DNA from: Calditrichaceae bacterium
GTDB lineage: Bacteria; Calditrichota; Calditrichia; Calditrichales; JBFXGD01
Assembly (NCBI GenBank): GCA_050173015.1
Contig: JBFXLE010000029.1
Coordinates: 1-43,650, forward strand
DNA: 43,650 nt
Direction of reading: 5' to 3'
Positions 25,970 through 36,280 of the stretch are shown here, one piece after another (position 1 is the stretch's first letter; each line of letters begins with the position of its first letter). The translations under genes were made by a program, and so were the position numbers. The notes under the pieces were generated by a model. The model saw nothing but the letters and a program-made list of their open reading frames with translations. It had not been told where the DNA came from and ran no database searches.

Positions 25970-27478
25970 ATGATCAGGAACCATATTAATATAAAGACGC
26001 TTGGTGAGTTAAAAAAATCCGGTTACAAAACGCAGTCCATAAAAGATGAGCTGCGTAATAATCTGATACGTCTGCTTAATCAAAAAGAGAATCCGTTTCC
26101 CGGAATAATAGGTTTTGATGATTCGGTAATTCCGGATATTCAAAGGGCTATCCTTTCCAGGCACAATATCATTCTTCTCGGATTACGCGGGCAGGCAAAA
26201 ACCCGTCTGGCCCGGCTGATGGTAAATCTGCTTGATGAGTATATCCCGGTAGTAAAAGGCTCAGAGTTAAATGATGATCCCTTTTCGCCCCTTTCCCGTT
26301 TCGCAAAAGATCTTGTGTCTGAAAAAGGAGACGAGACTCCGGTGGAGTGGGTTCACCAATCTGAGAGATATACTGAGAAATTGGCCACTCCGGATGTTTC
26401 CATAGCTGATTTAATCGGTGATGTTGATCCCATCAAAGCGGCCGCTTTAAAATTACCTTATACCGATGAGCGGGTCATTCATTTCGGCTTAATACCGCGT
26501 TCGCACCGGTGTATCTTTGTAATAAACGAATTACCCGATCTTCAGGCCAGGATTCAGGTGGCCTTATTCAACATTCTCCAGGAGGAGGATGTCCAGATTA
26601 GAGGGTTTAAGCTTCGACTGCCGCTTGATATTCATTTTGTTTTTACCGCCAATCCCGAAGATTATACAAACCGCGGGGCAATTGTTACCCCTCTGAAGGA
26701 TCGTATCGATAGCCAGATACTGACACACTATCCAAAATCCCTCGATATTTCAAAACTGATCACCCGTCAGGAGGCAAAGCTGACTCCGGAGCAGGTCAAA
26801 AAGATTCATATTCCTGAACTGGTTGAAAATCTGGTTGAACAGATCGCCTTTGAAGCGCGCCAGAGTGAATATGTTGATTCCAACAGCGGTGTATCCGCAA
26901 GGCTGACAATCTCAGCTTATGAAAATCTGATGAGCACAGCTGAGCGTCGTATTATACTTAATGGTCAGAATGATACATGTTTAAGAATTTCAGATATCTA
27001 CGGGGTTATCCCCTCTATAACCGGTAAAGTTGAACTCGTTTATGAGGGAGAGCAGGAAGGTCCCAGTAAAATTGCCCATATCCTGATCAGCAAAGCAATC
27101 CGCAATCAGTTTATTCACTTCTTCCCAAATCCGGAGAAGCTCAAAAAAACAGAGGAAACCAATCCATATCAGGAAACTACAACCTGGTTTTCACAGGGAA
27201 ATGAAGTCGATCTGCTCATGAATACATCAGATGCCGAACACCGGAAAGCAATCTTCTCAATCCCCGGGCTTGAAAAATTAGTCGATCGGTATCATCCGGA
27301 AATGAGTCCGGATAAAAAATTATTGTTAATGGAGTTTGCTCTTCACGGTTTGGCGGAATTCTCATTTTTAAGCAAACACAGGCTGGATACGGGAATCCAG
27401 TTCAAGGATATGCTCAGCAGTATGTTATCGGAAAAAGAACTGGATGATGAGGATGATATATATACAGGGACTTTTTAA
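25970..27478 (+). CDS. AAA+ ATPase, Mg-chelatase/MoxR-related
   Basis: Walker A variant GLRGQAKT, ADLIGDVDP, Walker B variant FVINELPDL, ANPEDYTNRG, PLKDR. Confidence 0.88.
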   Translation: MIRNHINIKTLGELKKSGYKTQSIKDELRNNLIRLLNQKENPFPGIIGFDDSVIPDIQRAILSRHNIILLGLRGQAKTRLARLMVNLLDEYIPVVKGSELNDDPFSPLSRFAKDLVSEKGDETPVEWVHQSERYTEKLATPDVSIADLIGDVDPIKAAALKLPYTDERVIHFGLIPRSHRCIFVINELPDLQARIQVALFNILQEEDVQIRGFKLRLPLDIHFVFTANPEDYTNRGAIVTPLKDRIDSQILTHYPKSLDISKLITRQEAKLTPEQVKKIHIPELVENLVEQIAFEARQSEYVDSNSGVSARLTISAYENLMSTAERRIILNGQNDTCLRISDIYGVIPSITGKVELVYEGEQEGPSKIAHILISKAIRNQFIHFFPNPEKLKKTEETNPYQETTTWFSQGNEVDLLMNTSDAEHRKAIFSIPGLEKLVDRYHPEMSPDKKLLLMEFALHGLAEFSFLSKHRLDTGIQFKDMLSSMLSEKELDDEDDIYTGTF

Positions 27479-27504
27479 ATTTTTTAAAAAATAATAAAAC
27501 TAAA

Positions 27505-27531
27505 GGCAACTTTATCGCCTTTTATAACGTA
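27505..27531 (+). promoter_or_regulatory. Candidate ECF-sigma promoter
   Basis: GGCAAC-N17-CGTA upstream of the 54-aa ORF; matches the AAC/CGT pattern of ECF promoters. Confidence 0.4.
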
Positions 27532-27563
27532 TGACCATACTAAAAAGGGAATAGGAGATTGGC

Positions 27564-27728
27564 ATGACAAAGGAAATAATCAAAGCATTGGTTGTACTGA
27601 TAATCGCGACGCCTTTTATCTATATGGCTTTTGATGTGACAATGGATTTGGGGAAAAAATTATACATTTATTATAATAAAAAAGCCAGACCTGTCTTAAT
27701 AAACGCGGTAAATTCATTCATGAATTAA
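27564..27728 (+). CDS. Small 54-aa single-TM protein (below the ORF-track cutoff)
   Basis: MTKEIIKALVVLIIATPFIYMAFDVTMDLGKKLYIYYNKKARPVLINAVNSFMN*; AGGAG RBS and a terminator right after. Confidence 0.72.
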   Translation: MTKEIIKALVVLIIATPFIYMAFDVTMDLGKKLYIYYNKKARPVLINAVNSFMN

Positions 27729-27757
27729 TACAGATATCAGAACATCCTACTACACCC

Positions 27758-27799
27758 AAAAAAGACGCTTCAGATTTTTATCGGAAGCGTCTTTTTTTT
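27758..27799. terminator. Bidirectional rho-independent terminator
   Basis: AAAAAAGACGCTTC...GAAGCGTCTTTTTTTT between convergent genes. Confidence 0.9.
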
Positions 27800-27803
27800 G
27801 AGT

Positions 27804-28961
27804 TTAATCGTTCAAAAAATTGATGGCCTGTTGTATCATTTCCGTACTGCACGCGAAGGCGAATCGAATTGTTTTTTTGTCATCGTGGAAAGCTTCTCCG
27901 GGCACACAACCGATGGCAAAATCATCAATCAAATGATTCACAAAATCCATTACCGAGCCCTGCCAGGAATCTGTTATTTCAGGATACAGATAAAAAGTAC
28001 CTTTTGGCGCATGCTGGCATTTTAGATAAGATGTTTTATTTACTCCGTTAAATATCAAATCGCGTCTCTCCCGGTAGATGTCACGCATCTTACCCACATG
28101 ATCTTGCGGACCTTCCAGAGCGGCTAATCCGGCGTACTGAGAAGGAGTTGAAACGCCGTTTATCGTATAAAGAATCATTTTTTTGAGATTTTCAATCAGC
28201 TTCATATTGCTGCTGGCCAGGTAACCGAGTCGCCAACCTGTCATAGCGTAACTTTTTGAGAAAGTATAAACTGAAATAATTTTATCCTGAACATTTTTTG
28301 GAAATTCTTTGGCGAGCGCGGCGATGCTGTGATGTTCGCCTTCATAGATAATGTCCTCGTAGGCTTCATCCGATACGATATACAGGTTATGTTTTTCAGC
28401 AATCGTCAGAAGATGAAGTAAATCTTTTTTCTCCATGATCCCGCCGGTAGGATTATGCGGGCTGTTAATCAGTATAGCTTTGGTAGAATCGGTAATACCG
28501 GCAGATAATTCATCAGGGTCCCAACGGTAATCCAGTTCAGCTTTGAGCGGAATTTGTTTTATTTTTCCACCCGCCAACAGAATATTCCAGGTACTCGCTG
28601 TCCAGTTGGGTTGAGGGACGATCACTTCATCACCGGCATTTAGGATGGTGTTCCAAGCGATGTATAAGGCATGCATGCCGCCGTTGGTGACCAAAATGTT
28701 TTCCGTACCGTTTATATTAGTGATGCGGTTTTTGGTTTCTAATTTCCTGAGAATGGATTCCCGAAGCGGTTTGATTCCCACAGACGCGGCATAATGTGTC
28801 TGATTATCCCGAAGCGCTTTAACCATTGCTTCTTTAATATGGTCCGGTGTTGAAAAATCAGGATCACCGGATTCCATGCGGATAGGATTCGGATGCTGCA
28901 GAAGACGGTCTCGGATGGTCACAATACCGGAAAATTGAATATCTGGCAGATGTTTGTTCAT
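27804..28961 (-). CDS. PLP-dependent aminotransferase class I/II (aspartate aminotransferase-like)
   Basis: GDPDFSTP, NSPHNPTG, SDEAYE, FSKSYAMTGWRLG (PLP lysine). Confidence 0.93.
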   Translation of the reverse strand: MNKHLPDIQFSGIVTIRDRLLQHPNPIRMESGDPDFSTPDHIKEAMVKALRDNQTHYAASVGIKPLRESILRKLETKNRITNINGTENILVTNGGMHALYIAWNTILNAGDEVIVPQPNWTASTWNILLAGGKIKQIPLKAELDYRWDPDELSAGITDSTKAILINSPHNPTGGIMEKKDLLHLLTIAEKHNLYIVSDEAYEDIIYEGEHHSIAALAKEFPKNVQDKIISVYTFSKSYAMTGWRLGYLASSNMKLIENLKKMILYTINGVSTPSQYAGLAALEGPQDHVGKMRDIYRERRDLIFNGVNKTSYLKCQHAPKGTFYLYPEITDSWQGSVMDFVNHLIDDFAIGCVPGEAFHDDKKTIRFAFACSTEMIQQAINFLND

Positions 28962-29086
28962 GGGACCCCCCTAAAAAGGTAGGATGTTTTTTTCTATCTT
29001 ACAATAAAATAATAGTGAAATAAAGGCCATTATTTTGGATGATCTGAAAAAGATGCTTGAATATGGTCTAACGGCAGTCTAATTTT

Positions 29087-29686
29087 ATGTCCATGATTAC
29101 TATTATAAGCGCGCTAAAAGAAGAAATCAGGCCGCTTCTGGAGACTCTGACCGTAAAACAGAAACTAAAGACCGGGAGCGGCACTTTATATGTAACGGAT
29201 GAATATCATTTCCTTCGAACCGGAGTCGGGTTAAGGCATGCTGAAGATGTACTTAATTCCTATTTGTCATCCTATGAGCCGTCGGAGATTATAAATATCG
29301 GAACGGCAGGAAGTCTCAAGCATGATCATCGCTCCGGCGATATTTTCTATATTGGTAAAATATATTATAAAACTCGTGGACAGTTTATTGATTTACCTTC
29401 AGAACTGAACAAAACGGAGAAGGCCCCCGCCGTACTTCTGACGGTTGATCAGCCGGTCATGAATAAATCAGATCGTGAAGCGTCGCGGAAACGATTCAAC
29501 GCGGGACTGGTGGATATGGAAGCATACGCTTTGGCAAAAATCTGCTTCAAAAATAATATAAAATTCACCAGCTATAAGATCGTTTCAGATCTGGCTGATG
29601 AAAACACAGAAGGTGAATTTATGGCAAATTACAAAGTACTTTCAAAAAAGCTCGCGGAATATATTCTAAAAATTCTCAGGATCTGA
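29087..29686 (+). CDS. MTA/SAH nucleosidase-like phosphorylase-family protein
   Basis: ISALKEEI, TGVG, NIGTAG, VDMEAYA, KIVSDLAD. Confidence 0.8.
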   Translation: MSMITIISALKEEIRPLLETLTVKQKLKTGSGTLYVTDEYHFLRTGVGLRHAEDVLNSYLSSYEPSEIINIGTAGSLKHDHRSGDIFYIGKIYYKTRGQFIDLPSELNKTEKAPAVLLTVDQPVMNKSDREASRKRFNAGLVDMEAYALAKICFKNNIKFTSYKIVSDLADENTEGEFMANYKVLSKKLAEYILKILRI

Positions 29687-29696
29687 ATTTAGTACT

Positions 29697-30344
29697 TTAG
29701 GTTTTTTCCGGTTTGGCCAGAAATTGTTTTAAAAATACCATTAAACCCAATGTCATTCCCACGGAGAAAAGCCACCATGGGAAGTTTACCGGCTGATGAC
29801 CTCCAAGGACAGAGCCTGTTTCCCATAAAAAAGACCATAAAATAATGAGAGCTGATGTAATTTCAACAAACCAGCCATTCCGGCTGAGGATGGCGGGTAA
29901 AAAGCGTTCGGGGTAACGCAAAATCAATATTGAAGAAAAAATAAATCCCGCGCTGACAATGGCCGGAGCCAACCAGGGGGCAAACCAGGGGACAGGGATG
30001 AGAAACAAAACATCCCATTCCAGCCATTCTCCGGGCCAGTTTAACAGCAATTTCAGCCATCCATAATAGAAAAGATCCCAAACACCGAACGAGAAAATAA
30101 AAAGAGAGAATTTTTCTTTAAAATTCTTCGAACCAATCTTCGCTACAAACCAGAGCATGATGATGGTTGCCGCTTCCCGTCCCAACTCTATAATCGCGAC
30201 ATCTTCCGGAATGATTTTGAGAGGGAAGCGAAATCCCCCGGGATAATACAGCAGCCGGAGATAAACCACAACCGCTGCCTCCAGATAAGCCATCGCCGCG
30301 CCGAAAATCAGATATGCGGAGAGTTTGAATTTCAAACTTTTCAA
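29697..30344 (-). CDS. Conserved-looking hypothetical membrane protein
   Basis: About 6 TM; YLEAAVVVYLR, ELGREAATIIML, WDLFYY, LFLIPVPW motifs. Confidence 0.8.
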   Translation of the reverse strand: MKSLKFKLSAYLIFGAAMAYLEAAVVVYLRLLYYPGGFRFPLKIIPEDVAIIELGREAATIIMLWFVAKIGSKNFKEKFSLFIFSFGVWDLFYYGWLKLLLNWPGEWLEWDVLFLIPVPWFAPWLAPAIVSAGFIFSSILILRYPERFLPAILSRNGWFVEITSALIILWSFLWETGSVLGGHQPVNFPWWLFSVGMTLGLMVFLKQFLAKPEKT

Positions 30345-30406
30345 ATATCAATTCCGTTTTTTTTGGAAAATTATATGAATAAATGGAGAAGATGCAATGA
30401 AGAAAT

Positions 30407-30440
30407 AAAAAAACGGGGCTGAAAAAACGACCCCGTTTTT
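30407..30440 (-). terminator. alaS terminator
   Basis: AAAAAAACGGGG...CCCCGTTTTT inverted repeat just downstream of the alaS stop. Confidence 0.85.
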
Positions 30441-30461
30441 AAAATGATATTATAACCATTG

Positions 30462-33077
30462 TTACTGAGATGAAACCATCGCCCTGAATTTTTTAAAAGC
30501 CTCATCCAGTTTGCTGATATCCTTACCGCCGGCTGTGGCGAGGTGAGGACGTCCACCGCCCCCTCCACCGGCGATTTTTGCCACTTCGCGAATCAGATCA
30601 CCGGCTTTTAATTTGCGTTCTTTGATCAGATCATCGGTGACCACGCAAACAAAATTTATTTTATCTTCATTCTTTGTGGCAAAAAGGGCAGCGGTCATTT
30701 TTGATTTTTCCCGAATTGTATCACCCAGGTCTTTTAACTGGTCCATCTGAACGTCTGGTATCTCCCTGATAATGACCGAAATACCGTTTATTTCTTCTGA
30801 TTGCTGAATAAGATTGTCCACATTGGAAAGCATTCTCGCGCTCGACTCTTTTACCAGTTCTTTTTCCATATTCTTTCGCTGTTCGATCAGTCCGGCAACT
30901 TTTTCAGGGATCTCATCATCTTTGGCGTTTAATAAGTTATTAAGCTGTTGCATATTTGAACGGAGTTTTTGAATATATTGGACGGCTTTTTCTCCGGTTA
31001 TAGCTTCTATCCGGCGCACGCCTGAAGCGATTCCGCCCTCATTGGTGATAATAAAGGTTCCTATTTCGCCGGTACTGCGAACATGAGTTCCTCCGCATAA
31101 TTCCAGGCTAAAATCACCAATTTTCACCGTACGGACAATGTCGCCGTATTTTTCACCAAACAAAGCCATAGCCCCTTTTTTCTGGGCATCAGAATATTTT
31201 TCCTGCGCGATTTCAAGCGTTGTGGCTTCCTGAATCTTCCCGTTCACTATTCTTTCAATTTCCAGTAATTGTTTTTGGTTTATTTTTTCAAAATGAGTAA
31301 AATCGAACCTAAGTCTGTCGGGGTCAACAAGGGAACCGGCCTGATGCACATGATTTCCGAGCACGTTTCTCAGAGCGGCATGCATTAAATGAGTGGCGGT
31401 ATGATTTTTAATTGTTTTTCGTCTGTCAGATGAAGTGACTTCCGCTACCACCTTATCGGATTCCGGTTTAAAATTCTTTAAAGGTTGACAAAAATGTACG
31501 ATATGATCTCCGTCCTTTTGTGTATCAAGCACTTTGAGTTCGAATCCTTCACCGGAGATATGTCCCTTATCACCAACCTGTCCGCCGGATTCCGCGTAAA
31601 AAGGAGTTTCACGAAGAATCACACGAATCTCTTTTTCACCGGAATGATACCTCATGATACGTGTTTCAATCGCCAAATCCGTATATCCGTAGAATTTAGA
31701 ATCTGTTCCTTCATTTAAATTCACCCAATCATCTTCAGTGATATCATCTGTCCCGAATTTTGCCGCGGCGCGCGCCCGTTCACGCTGTGCTTCCATCTCC
31801 TGTTCAAATCCGGGCATATCCAAACTCAAATTATCTTCATCAGCTAAAATTCTGGTTAAATCAACAGGGAAACCATAGGTATCATACAATCTGAATACTT
31901 CTGTTCCGGGAATGACAATTTCTTTTCGGTTCCGCAGCTCTTCTTTTATACGGTCAAAAATTTCAAGACCTCGGTCAAGCGTTCTGTTAAAATGTTCTTC
32001 TTCCGCTTTAATAACGGATGCCACGTGTTTGGAACGCTCTTTAATTTCCGGGAACGCGTCACCCATAATTTTTACTACCGTCGGAACCAGTTTATATATG
32101 AAGGGATCACTCATATTCAGTTTCCTGCCATACCTCGCCGCCCGTCTGAGAATGCGTCTCATGACATAACCGCGGCCCTCATTGGAAGGCAACCCGCCGT
32201 CGGTGATTGAGAATGTCAGCATTCTTACATGATCGGCAATAACACGGAAAGCCATCTTTTCCGTTGAATCTTCATATTTTGTGCCTATAAGCTCGCCAAT
32301 ATGCTTCAGTATCGGTGTAAACAGGTCAGTGTCATAATTGGATTTTTTGTTTTGAAGAACGGAAACAATACGCTCAAATCCCATTCCTGTATCGACATGT
32401 TTTTTGGGAAGCGGATGAAGATCCCCTTTTTCATCCCGGTTGTACTGAATGAATACCAGATTCCAAAGTTCGATATATCTCCCGCAATCGCCGTTGACAC
32501 CACAGGTATGATCATCTCCTTTTTTATCGCATTGGTCTTGTCCAAGATCAATATGAATTTCTGAACAGGGACCGCATGGTCCCGTATTACCCATTTCCCA
32601 GAAATTGTCCTTTTCTCCAAATCTGAGAATGTGATTGGGGGAGATGTCGGTATGTTCTTTCCAAATGTTTTCAGCCTCATCATCCGATTTATAAACAGTC
32701 GCGTATAACTTGTTTTTTTGAAGTTTCCAAACTTCCGTCATAAGTTCCCAGGCCCATTTGATGGCTTCCTCCTTGTAGTAATCACCAAAGGACCAGTTTC
32801 CGAGCATTTCAAAAAATGTATGATGATAGGTGTCATGCCCGACTTCTTCAAGATCATTGTGTTTTCCGCTCACGCGGATACATTTTTGTGAATTGACCGC
32901 GCGGGTATAATCTCTTTTTCCTTTGTCAAGAAAAACATCTTTAAACTGATTCATTCCGGCATTAGTGAAGAGAAGGGTAGGGTCATCCTGAGGCACAACC
33001 GGCGCGCTCTGCACAAAGGTGTGAAGTTTATCAGCGAAATAGTCAATGAATTTTTGCCTGATGTCTTTGGAAGTCAT
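30462..33077 (-). CDS. alaS: Alanine--tRNA ligase
   Basis: DPTLLFTNAGMNQFK, HHTFFEMLGNWSFGDY, DTGMGFER, HTATHL, ELCGGTHV, GGGGGRP. Confidence 0.99.
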   Translation of the reverse strand: MTSKDIRQKFIDYFADKLHTFVQSAPVVPQDDPTLLFTNAGMNQFKDVFLDKGKRDYTRAVNSQKCIRVSGKHNDLEEVGHDTYHHTFFEMLGNWSFGDYYKEEAIKWAWELMTEVWKLQKNKLYATVYKSDDEAENIWKEHTDISPNHILRFGEKDNFWEMGNTGPCGPCSEIHIDLGQDQCDKKGDDHTCGVNGDCGRYIELWNLVFIQYNRDEKGDLHPLPKKHVDTGMGFERIVSVLQNKKSNYDTDLFTPILKHIGELIGTKYEDSTEKMAFRVIADHVRMLTFSITDGGLPSNEGRGYVMRRILRRAARYGRKLNMSDPFIYKLVPTVVKIMGDAFPEIKERSKHVASVIKAEEEHFNRTLDRGLEIFDRIKEELRNRKEIVIPGTEVFRLYDTYGFPVDLTRILADEDNLSLDMPGFEQEMEAQRERARAAAKFGTDDITEDDWVNLNEGTDSKFYGYTDLAIETRIMRYHSGEKEIRVILRETPFYAESGGQVGDKGHISGEGFELKVLDTQKDGDHIVHFCQPLKNFKPESDKVVAEVTSSDRRKTIKNHTATHLMHAALRNVLGNHVHQAGSLVDPDRLRFDFTHFEKINQKQLLEIERIVNGKIQEATTLEIAQEKYSDAQKKGAMALFGEKYGDIVRTVKIGDFSLELCGGTHVRSTGEIGTFIITNEGGIASGVRRIEAITGEKAVQYIQKLRSNMQQLNNLLNAKDDEIPEKVAGLIEQRKNMEKELVKESSARMLSNVDNLIQQSEEINGISVIIREIPDVQMDQLKDLGDTIREKSKMTAALFATKNEDKINFVCVVTDDLIKERKLKAGDLIREVAKIAGGGGGGRPHLATAGGKDISKLDEAFKKFRAMVSSQ

Positions 33078-33327
33078 ATATTTCCTCTTTTATTTTTGCT
33101 TCTGAAGTCTTAAATTCATAAATCTATCATTAAAGGCTTCAAATATAAGGTAATTCCTATTTTGCTTAAAGAAAAAATTGTTAAAAAAAATCATTTATTG
33201 CAGAAAACAGGTTCATCGGGCGTACTTATTTCAATATTACATGATGAAATTAAGAAAACCTGCTGTTCGTTATCAAATAAACCGGGCAATTAATTCAAGT
33301 TAATATAATTAAATTCAGGCCGCAAAA

Positions 33328-33693
33328 TTGAAACATATTCTCTATGTTGATGATGACGCTCATTCAGGCGTACTCCTGAAAATATATCTGGAAAAAGCCG
33401 GATTTAGAGTTTCTGTATGCAGGGATACCGGTAAAGCCAGAAATATTTTAGCCGGAAACAAGATCGATTGTATTATCACGGATGTTGGCCTGCCGGGTGA
33501 ATCCGGGCTCGGATTTTATGAATGGTTGCAAAATTCGGATTTCAAATCCATACCGGTTCTGATCGTATCCGCTCATGCCATTGGCTTTGATCATATTCTT
33601 GTTGAACATAAGGATATTTTTTTGGAAAAGCCCATTCTTTTCCCGCTGCTGATCGATCGGCTGAATAAGATCTTCGGAAAAAAGAAAGACTAA
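33328..33693 (+). CDS. Single-domain response regulator (CheY-like)
   Basis: YVDDD, ITDVGLPG, VSAH, EKP; TTG start. Confidence 0.9.
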   Translation: MKHILYVDDDAHSGVLLKIYLEKAGFRVSVCRDTGKARNILAGNKIDCIITDVGLPGESGLGFYEWLQNSDFKSIPVLIVSAHAIGFDHILVEHKDIFLEKPILFPLLIDRLNKIFGKKKD

Positions 33694-34349
33694 TAGCCAT
33701 CTTGCTCATTTTCAAGATCAGACAGTGGAAGCTGCTGTAATGCGTGACCGATTGCCTGCCATCTAAATCCTTTTTGCTGAAGGAAACGTATTATTTTTTG
33801 TTTAAATTTTTGCGGATCAGGATCAGCATATTTTGCCGCTTTTTTTTCCATCAATAGGGAGGCGTTTTTACATTCCAGTTTATCCGAGTAGAGTTTGGAT
33901 ATAATTTCATCAACCTCTACCGGGGAGGCGCCTTTATCGAGTAATTTTTTTTTAATCAATAAAGGCCCGGACCATTTGTTATTTACCTCATCTTTAAAAA
34001 ATAAACGAATAAATTCTAAATCATTGATATAATTTTTATCCTGCAGAATTTGCAGCACTTTTTCAATTACGGAGTCTGTATAAGATTTTTGCAACAGCTT
34101 GCGTCTGAGTTCCGAATATAAATGAGGACGGCGGCTTAAATATCTGTATGCCTGCTGAAGCCCTCTTGTCACCAGATCATGATTTAATATTTTTTCTAAC
34201 TCACTGTCCCGGTATAATTTATCCTTACTGATACCGAAATGAACCAGTGTGTCTTCGGTTATCTCAAAGAGAAAAACATCTTCGGAATATAGACTGTAAA
34301 GGCGGTTGTTTTTTCCCTTGACTTCAATTTTTGTGATACGAATGTTCAT
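33690..34349 (-). CDS. recX: Regulatory protein RecX
   Basis: YLSRRPH..ELRRKL, YINDLEF, GPLLIKKKL, RFLQQKGF; directly downstream of recA. Confidence 0.9.
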   Translation of the reverse strand: MNIRITKIEVKGKNNRLYSLYSEDVFLFEITEDTLVHFGISKDKLYRDSELEKILNHDLVTRGLQQAYRYLSRRPHLYSELRRKLLQKSYTDSVIEKVLQILQDKNYINDLEFIRLFFKDEVNNKWSGPLLIKKKLLDKGASPVEVDEIISKLYSDKLECKNASLLMEKKAAKYADPDPQKFKQKIIRFLQQKGFRWQAIGHALQQLPLSDLENEQDGY

Positions 34350-34371
34350 GACTCCTGTTTGTCAAACAAAA

Positions 34372-34405
34372 AAACCCTGTATTATCTGATTAAAATACAG
34401 GGTTT
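34372..34405 (-). terminator. Terminator/attenuator between recA and recX
   Basis: AAACCCTGTATT / AATACAGGGTTT stem followed by a U-run on the minus strand. Confidence 0.8.
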
Positions 34406-34429
34406 GGATCGATTATTTATCATTTCTCT

Positions 34430-35455
34430 CTAAGAGTTTGAATCGTCATCTGAAGATGGTACACCGAACCCAAGTTTACCACGGACTTGTTCCGCGACTT
34501 CTTCAAGAAGTTCTTTGTTTTCTTTGAGAAAACGCTTTGCATTTTCTCTTCCTTGTCCTAATCGTGTTTCGTTGTAGGAAAACCATGTCCCGGATTTTTG
34601 AACAATCTGGTGATTCACGCCCTGGTCAAGAATATCTCCCTCTCTTGAGATACCTTCGGAATACATAATATCAAACTCAGCTTCACGGAACGGAGGAGCA
34701 AGCTTATTCTTAACTACTTTTACTTTCGTCCTGTTTCCGATCATTTCATTGGCTTCTTTGATCGTAGCGATTCTCCGTATATCCAGACGGATAGATGTAT
34801 AAAATTTAAGAGCCCTGCCGCCTGTAGTCGTTTCAGGGTTACCGAACATGACCCCGATTTTCTCGCGTATCTGATTAATAAAAATTACACAGGAATTTGA
34901 TTTACTGACAGTTCCCGTAAGTTTTCTCAGTGCCTGTGACATTAATCGGGCCTGCAATCCCATATGCGAGTCGCCCATTTCGCCTTCGATTTCCGCCTTT
35001 GGAACAAGCGCCGCTACAGAATCCACTACAATGATGTCCAACGCTCCGCTTCTCACGAGGGTTTCTACAATTTCCAGGGCTTGTTCGCCGTTATCCGGCT
35101 GACTGACCAGTAAATTGACGGTATCGACTCCCAGTTTTTTTGCATAGGTAGGATCCAGAGCGTGCTCGGCATCCACAAAAGCAGCAAGTCCTCCTATTCT
35201 CTGAGCTTCCGCTATTATATGTAACGCCAGTGTCGTTTTTCCGGAAGATTCCGGTCCATATATCTCAGAAATGCGGCCTCGGGGCATGCCACCTACGCCG
35301 AGAGCGGCATCTAATGAAATAGATCCGGTGGGTATTACATCTACATTAACTTTAGCGCGGTCGCCCAAACGCATGATTGATCCTTTACCGAATTGCCTCT
35401 CGATTTGGGTGAGAGCAATATCTGCAGCTTTCATCTTATCTTGATTTATTTCCAT
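34430..35455 (-). CDS. recA: Recombinase RecA
   Basis: [53 protein letters not shown]. Confidence 0.99.
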   Translation of the reverse strand: MEINQDKMKAADIALTQIERQFGKGSIMRLGDRAKVNVDVIPTGSISLDAALGVGGMPRGRISEIYGPESSGKTTLALHIIAEAQRIGGLAAFVDAEHALDPTYAKKLGVDTVNLLVSQPDNGEQALEIVETLVRSGALDIIVVDSVAALVPKAEIEGEMGDSHMGLQARLMSQALRKLTGTVSKSNSCVIFINQIREKIGVMFGNPETTTGGRALKFYTSIRLDIRRIATIKEANEMIGNRTKVKVVKNKLAPPFREAEFDIMYSEGISREGDILDQGVNHQIVQKSGTWFSYNETRLGQGRENAKRFLKENKELLEEVAEQVRGKLGFGVPSSDDDSNS

Positions 35456-35500
35456 CAGTTCTCCGGATTTTGGTACAAAAGATAAAGTAATATAATAAAT

Positions 35501-36073
35501 TTATTCTTGCAAAGTATATTTTTGCAATGGCCGGTATTCAGCTCCGGTTGGTTTAAGATTGCTTCTCATTAAGACAAATTCGGTAACTCTGAAGTCAAAG
35601 ATATTAAATGGATTGTGATCCAGATACTCCCATATGGCAACCGGATCGGGTTTCTCTTTTAATCTCCCTAAGGTCAGATGTGGTGAGAAAGCCCTTTGTT
35701 CCCGTTCAAAGCCGAGCATCGACATACGATTATCAATCCATTGATGCAGAGAAAGGAGGGACTCCTGTGGAACACCGGTCAGTCCAAGCCAGATAATCCG
35801 CGGGGTTCGGCGATTAGGAAACGAACCAAAGTTCGTGATTTTAAGGCTAAATGGCGGAAACGATTTTCCGGTATCCATCAGACTTAAAACAACCCTGTTC
35901 ACCATATCCGGCTGCAGATTCCCCAAAAATTTAAGTGTCAAATGCATGGACTCGCTCCGGACCCAGTTTACATTCGGAGCGATGCCTCTTAATGCCTTCA
36001 GATAAACATCGATCTGCGATTTCAGCTCTGGGGGTAATTCGATCGCAATAAATGAACGGATCAGATCAGTCAT
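35501..36073 (-). CDS. thpR: RNA 2',3'-cyclic phosphodiesterase (2H family)
   Basis: RSFIAI, HLTLKFLG and PHLTLGR (two HxT motifs); ATG at 36073 preferred. Confidence 0.93.
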   Translation of the reverse strand: MTDLIRSFIAIELPPELKSQIDVYLKALRGIAPNVNWVRSESMHLTLKFLGNLQPDMVNRVVLSLMDTGKSFPPFSLKITNFGSFPNRRTPRIIWLGLTGVPQESLLSLHQWIDNRMSMLGFEREQRAFSPHLTLGRLKEKPDPVAIWEYLDHNPFNIFDFRVTEFVLMRSNLKPTGAEYRPLQKYTLQE

Positions 36074-36280
36074 ATTAATATTCCGTCTAAATGTTAAAGG
36101 TCTCATATCATCAGTGGAAGGAATAAATACTTATTTGAAAAAATAGCAAGCTTTTCTTGACTATATAAAAAATAAAAAAAAATTACTCTATTGCAACAAA
36201 AAAAGATTTTGGTATCGGACCGTTTTAATTTCACATGGAAAGCTTTATGCGAAAAAGAGTAAGCCAATATAAATTTTATG

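Noticed and set aside
25970-27478. True magnesium chelatase subunit or sigma54 activator
   Set aside because: No GAFTGA or HTH, and no chelatase H-subunit context; better read as a VWA-partnered AAA+ protein.
35456-35500. LexA/SOS box upstream of recA
   Set aside because: No convincing dyad or known SOS consensus is visible.
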